From positions 2,450,615 through 2,514,614 of the forward strand of contig OY970309.1 in assembly GCA_963716395.1 (NCBI GenBank): a DNA stretch of 64,000 nucleotides, read 5' to 3'. This DNA comes from an uncultured Fibrobacteria bacterium. GTDB lineage: Bacteria > Fibrobacterota > Fibrobacteria > UBA11236. Positions 56,807 to 64,000 of the stretch are shown here, one piece after another. The notes below the pieces were generated by a model that was given only the letters and a program-made list of their open reading frames with translations, searched no databases and was not told where the DNA came from. The position numbers were made by a program, and so were the translations under genes. Position 1 is the first letter of the stretch, and each line of letters starts with the position of its first letter.

Positions 56807-57712
56807 ATGTCGGCATCTCGATCTTCGCCCTATGTGGGTTATGGCGCCGCGGTCTTATCTGCCGTGCTCTTCTCCATGAAGGGCATCTTCATCAAGCTCG
56901 CCTATGCGGCCCAGGCCACGCCCCTGGATTTCGTGGCTTTGCGGTTCGGCTTTGCCATGCCGGTTTTCGCGTGGATCGCCTGGAAAGGGGGTAATACCGG
57001 AGCTACGGCGCCCCGGCCAGCGGCCAAGGATTGGGCCTTGACTGCGCTCGCGGCCCTGTTGGGCTATTACGCCGCCAGCTTCATGGATTTCGAGGGCTTG
57101 CGTTTTATTTCCGTGGGATTGGAACGCATCATCTTGTACTTGCATCCAACCTTGGTGGTGCTTTTGATCGCCGCCTTGGGGCGCCGCCGCATTCGCCGCG
57201 TCACTTGGGCGGCGCTCGGCTGTTCTTATCTCGGATTGGCCCTGTGCTTCTCGGATGAGATCCGGGTTACGGATCACCACGGAACCTGGTTGGGAGCGGG
57301 GCTGATCCTCGGTTCCGCGGCCTGTTATGCTCTGTTCCTGGTATTGGCCGAAGGACTGATTTCCCGCATCGGGACTCATCGCTTCACCGCCACGGGAATG
57401 TTGATCGCCACCGTGATTTTCGTGTTTCAAGACTTGGTCCACAACCCCCATTCGTTTTTGGGGTATGGCCCGCGGGTGTACGGATTGGCCCTGGGCATGG
57501 CGGTGGTGGGCACTTTGCTTCCGGTGTATTTGTTCGGCGTCGCGCTGCAAAGGATTGGGGCGTCGCGCCTGTGCATCGCCGGCATGGTCGGACCCGTTTC
57601 CGTGCTTCCCCTGGCGGGATTTTTCCTCGGGGAATCTGCGGGAGTATTGAAATGGGTGGGGTTTGCCTTCACGCTGGTCGGTGGAATCATCCTGACCCGG
57701 GAAAAAAAATGA
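56807..57712 (+). CDS. EamA/DMT-family transporter
   Basis: Ten predicted TM segments in two EamA-like halves. 301 aa counted from the ATG at 56807. Confidence 0.85.
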   Translation: MSASRSSPYVGYGAAVLSAVLFSMKGIFIKLAYAAQATPLDFVALRFGFAMPVFAWIAWKGGNTGATAPRPAAKDWALTALAALLGYYAASFMDFEGLRFISVGLERIILYLHPTLVVLLIAALGRRRIRRVTWAALGCSYLGLALCFSDEIRVTDHHGTWLGAGLILGSAACYALFLVLAEGLISRIGTHRFTATGMLIATVIFVFQDLVHNPHSFLGYGPRVYGLALGMAVVGTLLPVYLFGVALQRIGASRLCIAGMVGPVSVLPLAGFFLGESAGVLKWVGFAFTLVGGIILTREKK

Positions 57713-57785
57713 ATGGTAGGTCGCGCTTCGCGCCGCTACGCTTCGACCAAGCGTGGGGGCGCGAACCGGCCTCCGCCCGGCTTCC

Positions 57786-58553
57786 TCAGGAATGACGGCT
57801 TTTTTCTTCCGCCAGCATTTCCAGCCAACGCCGCAGTTCCGCCAACTCGAATTGGCCGCGCGGGTTTTCGTCGGGGTGGATCATCAGCTCGAAGTTTTGC
57901 TGCGGATTTTGCGCCACGCGCTGGGCGAACGACTGAAAGGCTGCGGCGGTGAAATGCAGGCTGGCACCCACCCCGAAAAAATGCTCGTCCGCCCCATGGC
58001 GCCGCAGCCAGGCCAAAGTTTGCAAAGCCAGACCAAAGGGGAAATTTTTGCGGGCGGCGTGCCCGGTGCCTTCCCAAGGCACGCGCAACCTCGGAATGGA
58101 AAACTCGCCCTGCAAGCGCCGGCCCACCACCCACAGGCCCGGCAGCACATGCACGTGCTGGTGGCTGTCGAGATGGGAAAGAGTGCGGCCGCCGAGCCGC
58201 TCCCGCAGGAGTTGGATTTGCGCGCGCCATTCCTGGTAGACGGCCGCAGGGGCGATTTTTCCCCGGAGATAGGCGCGCAAAAAGGCACGGTAATCGCTGG
58301 GTGGTCCGTCGGAAAAGCCCGGGGGCTTGGTCAGGAAGGGGACCTCCAAAAAGGTGAGATGGGCGCCGATGCGCAGCTCCGGCCGCGCCGCCACGGCGCG
58401 CAACCGGGATGCGGTTTGCGCATCGGAAAAAGGCGTGACGCTGATTGAATTGATCAACCCCGCCTCCGCCGCAGCCGTGATGGCGCGCGAAACGGAAGGC
58501 GAAAGGCCGAAGTCGTCGGCATTAACGCGCAAGTTACCCGGAATCGGTATCAT
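57786..58553 (-). CDS. YdjC/ChbG/HpnK/NaxD-family carbohydrate deacetylase
   Basis: LRVNADDFGLSPSVSRAITAA...GAHLTF...HLDSHQHVHVLPG. The ATG overlaps the upstream stop (ATGA). Confidence 0.85.
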   Translation of the reverse strand: MIPIPGNLRVNADDFGLSPSVSRAITAAAEAGLINSISVTPFSDAQTASRLRAVAARPELRIGAHLTFLEVPFLTKPPGFSDGPPSDYRAFLRAYLRGKIAPAAVYQEWRAQIQLLRERLGGRTLSHLDSHQHVHVLPGLWVVGRRLQGEFSIPRLRVPWEGTGHAARKNFPFGLALQTLAWLRRHGADEHFFGVGASLHFTAAAFQSFAQRVAQNPQQNFELMIHPDENPRGQFELAELRRWLEMLAEEKSRHS

Positions 58554-59329
58554 GGAGCGGTCGGAATTTCCGCGAGCCTCGGCTGTTGCAGCAAGGCCTC
58601 GATGGCCGTGGCCAGAAATTCTTCGCAACCTCCGGCCGCGGGCAACGGCAGGGTCGGCCAACCGAATTTGAGGCGGTAATCGGGTCGCGAGAAATAGCGG
58701 TCCAGGGCGCACAGGCAAAGTCCTGCCGCCGTGGCTCCGCGCCGGAAGCGGCGCAGCGAGAAACGGGTGGCGAACACCGATGCCATGTCCCGTTCCAGTG
58801 CGGCTTGCTGCTTGTAGGCATTGCCCCGCAAGGTCACGAGACGGCGGAACCAGGGCTCGGGCAAGAGGTGAATCCACGGCAGCCGCGCCCAAAGCCCCTG
58901 GCCATTATGCTGGTGGCCGCCGAAGGGCCCGGCAAACGGGGCGAAACTGGCGAACAGGTAACCTCCCGGTTTCAGCAGGCGGGCGGCCCGTTCCAGGGCC
59001 GCTTCGGGGCGGACGATGTGCTCCAGCACGTCGCGCATCAAAATCAAGTCATAGGGACCGCCGCTCCAGTCGAAAAAATCGTCCGCGGAAAGAGCCACGG
59101 CGGCGGGCAGGCGGCCGCGGCCGGCGGCGATCATGGTCGGGTCGAGGTCGATGCCGTGCACGGCCCAATCGGGCGCGGCGGCATGCAAGGCTTGCAGGGT
59201 GCCGCCGTAGCCGCAACCCACGTCGAGAACGGCGCCGCACGCCGGCAAGGCGCCGTGACCCCGCAGCCAGGGCAAGAGATGGACGCGCGCCAAATCGGCC
59301 TCGTAGCGGAAATAATCGGTGATGGCCAT
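58550..59329 (-). CDS. Class I SAM-dependent methyltransferase
   Basis: VLDVGCGYGGTLQAL motif I and LILMRDVLEHI motif. Confidence 0.8.
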   Translation of the reverse strand: MAITDYFRYEADLARVHLLPWLRGHGALPACGAVLDVGCGYGGTLQALHAAAPDWAVHGIDLDPTMIAAGRGRLPAAVALSADDFFDWSGGPYDLILMRDVLEHIVRPEAALERAARLLKPGGYLFASFAPFAGPFGGHQHNGQGLWARLPWIHLLPEPWFRRLVTLRGNAYKQQAALERDMASVFATRFSLRRFRRGATAAGLCLCALDRYFSRPDYRLKFGWPTLPLPAAGGCEEFLATAIEALLQQPRLAEIPTAP

Positions 59330-59579
59330 GCGGCTCCCGCGTCATTGTCCGCTTTTTTCGCGCCGCGGAAAAGGGGCGGAACCAACGAATTCTTTTTGCT
59401 TCAGGTCGTTCCCATCTCACCGGCGGTACGCGGCGATCACGAATCGTTCCTGCTTCGTTTTTTGTCGTCGCGACCGTGCCCGGTTGGAAAACCCTTGTAT
59501 TTATGGTTCCCGCCATGGGTAACACGCAAGTTGCCAGGCGCGGGTGGGCGCAGTCGTTGCCCGCAGCCGGGAGGGAGAT

Positions 59580-60038
59580 ATGAAAACATCGTCGGAGTTC
59601 TCGTGTACGCGCCGAGAATTTTTTGCCCGGGCCGCGGGGGTCGCGGCCGTCGCCTTGGCCGGCGGTTACTTCGAGGGCTGCGCCTTGAAGCCGGTGGGAC
59701 CGCCGTCTTCGGGCACCACCACCGTGAATCTTTCCAATCCCAAGTACGCCGCCTTGCTTTCCCCGGGCGGGGCCATGAAAGTGCCTTGGAAAAGCAATGA
59801 ATTGCCGATTATCGTGCGCTGCCGCGGCACGGGCGTTTACGAAGCCTATTCCTCTTCCTGCCCGCATGCCGGTTGCGAAGTCACCTTGCCCGACGCGTCG
59901 GGCATCATCGATTGCAATTGCCACGGCTCGGAATTCAATGCCGACGGCCAACTCTTGCGGGGGCCAGCGCGCAGCAATCTGTATCCCGCCTCTTCGGTCA
60001 GTCTTTCCGGCAACACCCTCACCATCACCTTTGGATAA
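59580..60038 (+). CDS. Tat-exported Rieske [2Fe-2S] protein
   Basis: GGGAG RBS. Twin-arginine TRREFF signal. CPHAGC ... CNCHGSEF Rieske cluster ligands. Confidence 0.85.
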   Translation: MKTSSEFSCTRREFFARAAGVAAVALAGGYFEGCALKPVGPPSSGTTTVNLSNPKYAALLSPGGAMKVPWKSNELPIIVRCRGTGVYEAYSSSCPHAGCEVTLPDASGIIDCNCHGSEFNADGQLLRGPARSNLYPASSVSLSGNTLTITFG

Positions 60039-60040
60039 GC

Positions 60041-60832
60041 ATGCCTGCTTCCGCGAAGTTTTTCCTCGTATCGTTTCTGGGCTGGGGGGCGTTTTCCGCC
60101 GCGGCCGGGACCAATTCGCCGCTTCCGGGGTCGGACGAAGCCGCACGTCCCGAGGCGGTTTCGGCGGCGCCCGGTGTTCCTGGGGAGGCGACGGTTGCCA
60201 CCGTGATCGCCCTTCCCGTCGACAGCGCATCGTCCGCGGCGGTTCCGCCGGCGATGGTGCCCGCGCTCGGCGCCACCGAGGCCGGCGCCGCGTTGGACAC
60301 GATTCCGCTTCTTCCCGATCACATCAGTCCCATTGAAAAACTGCTGTGGGGCGAGCATGGGTGGGTGCGATCCTTGGCCTCGGATCCGCTTAATAAGGAA
60401 GATCGCGAAAAAGAAATGCGCGTGCGCCGCGCCATGCTCACCACCCATCAAATCATGGGGTTCTGCACGCTCGGGTCGTTGATCACCACGCTGGTGTATG
60501 GGCAAATGGTGCTCGACGGCCGCGGCGATATGCGCCGCTCGCATTTCATGTGGGCCGACATCTCCATCGCTTCCTATTCCCTCACGGCCCTACTGGCCCT
60601 GGCCTCGCCGCCGCCGCTGGTGCGGCGACCGGGCTGGAACACGATCAAATGGCATAAAGCTCTGGCTTGCGTGCATTTCACCGGCATGGTGTTGACACCC
60701 ATTCTGGGATCGATCATCAAAGGCCAGATCCGCCAGGGCGAAAACCCGGTGGGGTTGGAGCGGTTCCACCAGATTTCGGGATATGTCACCACTTCGGCCT
60801 TGGCCGCGGCCATGATGGTCGTTACGTTTTAG
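60041..60832 (+). CDS. Membrane protein with signal peptide, low-complexity linker and a 4-TM histidine-bearing C-terminal domain (possible b-type cytochrome)
   Basis: The ATG lies 3 nt after the Rieske stop. His residues in predicted TM helices: THQIMG, WHKALACVHFTG, FHQISGY. Confidence 0.6.
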   Translation: MPASAKFFLVSFLGWGAFSAAAGTNSPLPGSDEAARPEAVSAAPGVPGEATVATVIALPVDSASSAAVPPAMVPALGATEAGAALDTIPLLPDHISPIEKLLWGEHGWVRSLASDPLNKEDREKEMRVRRAMLTTHQIMGFCTLGSLITTLVYGQMVLDGRGDMRRSHFMWADISIASYSLTALLALASPPPLVRRPGWNTIKWHKALACVHFTGMVLTPILGSIIKGQIRQGENPVGLERFHQISGYVTTSALAAAMMVVTF

Positions 60833-60841
60833 GAGGATCTC

Positions 60842-61408
60842 ATGCGTCCCTTTTACATCGCCCTGGCCGTGTTGGCCCTGCCCTTCGGTCTGCGCGCGAA
60901 AACCTATCAGGCCGTGCGGGGCGAATCGACCCTGACCTATGTGCTGGTGCATCCGCTGCACGTCATCCGCGGGGTGAACAAGAATTTCGACTGCACCGTG
61001 GAAATGCCCGAAGATCCGCCCCAGGATTTTTCCCGGGTGCGCATCCATGCCGTGGCCGATGTACTCGGCTTCAATACCGGCAATTCTAACCGCGATTCCC
61101 ACGCCATGGAAGTGGTCGATGCCATGCGCTATCCCAAGGTCGAATTCACCGGGACGGCCGTGGGCCCCGAAGGCCACGGGTACCGGGTCGCCGGCCGATT
61201 GCGCTTTCACGGGCAGGAACATCCCGTGAGTTTTGTAATGATTCCGACCTTCGCGGGCCGCAAGGTGACGCTCACCGGCGCATTCACCGTGCTGCTTTCC
61301 GACTACGGCGTGCCGCGCCCCTCTTTGCTGCTCATTCCCGTGCACAACGAGATGCAGATTCTCATCAAAGCCGTGGCTTACCGCGATTCATCCGCGTCCG
61401 GTTCCTAG
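60842..61408 (+). CDS. YceI-family periplasmic (polyisoprenoid-binding) protein
   Basis: Signal peptide. GESTLTYVLVHPLH and FNTGNSNRDSHAME...YPKVEFTG motifs. Confidence 0.85.
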   Translation: MRPFYIALAVLALPFGLRAKTYQAVRGESTLTYVLVHPLHVIRGVNKNFDCTVEMPEDPPQDFSRVRIHAVADVLGFNTGNSNRDSHAMEVVDAMRYPKVEFTGTAVGPEGHGYRVAGRLRFHGQEHPVSFVMIPTFAGRKVTLTGAFTVLLSDYGVPRPSLLLIPVHNEMQILIKAVAYRDSSASGS

Positions 61409-61420
61409 GCGCGTCCGGCT

Positions 61421-62089
61421 TCATTCCGCCGGGCGCAGAATCAGGAGATCCGAAGGCGGCGTGGTGGGCAGCGGCACGGTGCGCGCCGCGGCGCCGAGCT
61501 TGCGGGCCCGCGACGCGAACCATTCCGGGTTTTCGGACGAGGCCACGGCGCCCGACGATTGGGTGTGGCCCAGGGCCACCATGATCCGTTCCTGGGCAAA
61601 GGTGCGCCAGCGTGGCCAACCGCGCAGCGCCGGCAGGATTTTGAGCAGCAGGGCGCCGTCGCGCTGCGGGGCGAGCAATCCCCAGGCGAAGGACAGCATC
61701 GCGTCCTGTAAATCCAGGGGTAACAGGTAGAATACGTCGAGCGCGACGACGGCATCGAAGTCCCGGGGCAAAGCCTTCCAGGCGCGGGCGTCGCCGGCAA
61801 AGAGGTGGAAACCGTTTACGGCGCCGGCGGCGAGCCCGGCTTGGGCCAGGGCGATTTTGCGGGCATCGATGTCGCAAGCGAAATATTCGATCTCGGGCCG
61901 GACTTCGCGCAGATACCAGCCGAAATGTGCGAAGCCGCAACCCAGGTCGAGCAGCTTGCCCCGCAAGGGGAGATACGGCAGCAACTCGGCATAGGGGCAG
62001 CGCTGCAGCCGCTGCGCCAAGTGAAAGCGATTCCAGGTCGAAGCCGTGGGATAACGGGCGACGATGCGCCGGATGCAGGCGGAGTCCAC
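61421..62089 (-). CDS. Class I SAM-dependent methyltransferase
   Basis: KLLDLGCGFAHFG motif I and VVALDVFYLLP. Confidence 0.75.
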   Translation of the reverse strand: MDSACIRRIVARYPTASTWNRFHLAQRLQRCPYAELLPYLPLRGKLLDLGCGFAHFGWYLREVRPEIEYFACDIDARKIALAQAGLAAGAVNGFHLFAGDARAWKALPRDFDAVVALDVFYLLPLDLQDAMLSFAWGLLAPQRDGALLLKILPALRGWPRWRTFAQERIMVALGHTQSSGAVASSENPEWFASRARKLGAAARTVPLPTTPPSDLLILRPAE

Positions 62090-62102
62090 GGCCTCCAGCG
62101 TA

Positions 62103-63011
62103 TCATTCGGCTTGCGTTGCGGGCCAGACAGACTCCGCGGCGGCCGGCGCGGCGGCGGGGATTTTTTTGGTCCCTGGCAACAGGGGTTTGATGAACAGCC
62201 CGATGAGGGCGGGCAACAGCAAAGAGGCTGCGGTTTGCAAAAAGGCGGCAGCCAGCACGGTATGGGCGTCCCAGCCCGACTTCTGTAGCAGCCAGGCCGT
62301 CGAGCCTTCGCGCAATCCCAGATTGGCCACGGTGATTTGCACCGAGTTGGCCCATTGGATCAAGGCCAGATTGCCCGCCAGGCGCAGAAAGGGCGCCGGG
62401 CCTGCGCCCAAGGCCGACAGAAAACAACGCATCTGCGCCCATTCGCAGCCGTACGCCGCCACGCCGATGGCCAGGGCCGCAAGTGCGGGCTTCCATCCCA
62501 AGCTCGCGGCTTCGGGCCAAAAATGTTTCCAGGCTTGCGCCACCCGGCTTGGCGCCGGCAGGGCCGCGGACAAAAGGCGCACCAACCGCAACCATAACGG
62601 CACGGCCGACAGCAGCAGACAGGCGACCAGGGTCGCGAGAAAGGCGGCGGGTCCGCCCAAGGCACCCAGGGCCGGCAAGGCCCACCAGCCCACGGCGGTA
62701 AAGTCGATCCAGTTGTCCATCACCGTGAGACCCGCGGCCCGTAACCCATGAGTTTCGGGGTAGGGAAGATACATCCCCCGCAGGCACTCGCCGGCTTTGC
62801 CCGGGGTGATCAGCGACAGCGGCAAGGCGCCGAGATAGCTGCGCAGGGCCTGCGCCCAGGTCGCCGGCGCGCAGGTGCGGATCAAGGTGCGCCATTTCCA
62901 GGCGCGCAAGGCCAAAAGCGGCGGGAGCAAAGCCAGGCCGGCGATCAAAGGCCCGAGCCGGAACACGTGAAAGCCATGCCAGACCTGCGATCGATGGAAT
63001 TGCACTCCCAC
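62103..63011 (-). CDS. UPF0104 / LPG-synthase-TM flippase-like membrane protein (HpnL-like family)
   Basis: Polytopic 302 aa with N-terminal RAWKWRTLI and PGKAGECLRG motifs typical of this family. Confidence 0.7.
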   Translation of the reverse strand: MGVQFHRSQVWHGFHVFRLGPLIAGLALLPPLLALRAWKWRTLIRTCAPATWAQALRSYLGALPLSLITPGKAGECLRGMYLPYPETHGLRAAGLTVMDNWIDFTAVGWWALPALGALGGPAAFLATLVACLLLSAVPLWLRLVRLLSAALPAPSRVAQAWKHFWPEAASLGWKPALAALAIGVAAYGCEWAQMRCFLSALGAGPAPFLRLAGNLALIQWANSVQITVANLGLREGSTAWLLQKSGWDAHTVLAAAFLQTAASLLLPALIGLFIKPLLPGTKKIPAAAPAAAESVWPATQAE

Positions 63012-63079
63012 CGCGGCCAGGCAGGCGGTGGTGAGTAGAATGCGAAATCCGAGCAGAAATCGGCCGTAGCGGAAGCGGG

Positions 63080-64000
<921 letters not shown>

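Noticed and set aside
57786-63011. Bona fide hopanoid (hpn) biosynthesis cluster
   Set aside because: No squalene-hopene cyclase, HpnH or HpnJ radical-SAM genes occur in the window. The GT-C and EamA content fits a polyprenyl-phosphate sugar transfer pathway better.

Overview
Visibly GC-rich bacterial chromosomal segment (GC estimated by eye, not computed). It is densely coding, with about 50 protein genes. I found no rRNA, tRNA, CRISPR array, transposase, integrase or phage genes. Several features suggest an FCB-group-like organism with a type IX secretion system: T9SS/FlgD-Ig-like C-terminal sorting domains, a conserved hypothetical family I associate with Bacteroidota, and many glycoside hydrolases.

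Housekeeping genes: dinB, argA, comEC, hup, ruvX, typA, thiD, trxB, cimA, ilvE, leuB (partial).

Accessory content:
- An NTase two-gene module and a vapBC pair.
- A TPR/transglutaminase giant protein.
- Two secreted glycoside hydrolases and a decayed GH10 xylanase.
- An aldehyde/alcohol dehydrogenase operon with a PAS-AraC regulator.
- A 2315-aa repeat adhesin.
- A MoxR-type AAA+ ATPase operon with a large uncharacterised partner and thiD.
- A ~16 kb envelope glycoconjugate block (47.1-63.0 kb). It holds a PHP-GT4 fusion, a GH15-like protein, a methyltransferase-GT2 fusion, an ArnT-like GT-C enzyme, an FkbM methyltransferase, an EamA transporter, a YdjC/NaxD-type deacetylase, further methyltransferases, a Rieske/His-rich membrane protein/YceI trio and a UPF0104 flippase-like protein.

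Best candidates for something undescribed:
1. The translationally coupled Lgm/NaxD-like polyprenyl-phosphate hexosamine transfer pathway, decorated with multiple methyltransferases.
2. The PHP-phosphoesterase::GT4 fusion with a GH15-like partner.
3. The AAA+/624-aa/ThiD operon, which lacks the usual VWA partner.
4. Two terminator/antiterminator leaders, upstream of the EamA transporter and upstream of cimA (the latter with an Ile-containing leader ORF).
5. Short phased repeat arrays in two regulatory regions.

Start codons are best guesses from RBS and overlap context. All family assignments come from motif recognition by eye, not from database searches. Most long ORFs antisense to the called genes are GC-driven artefacts.
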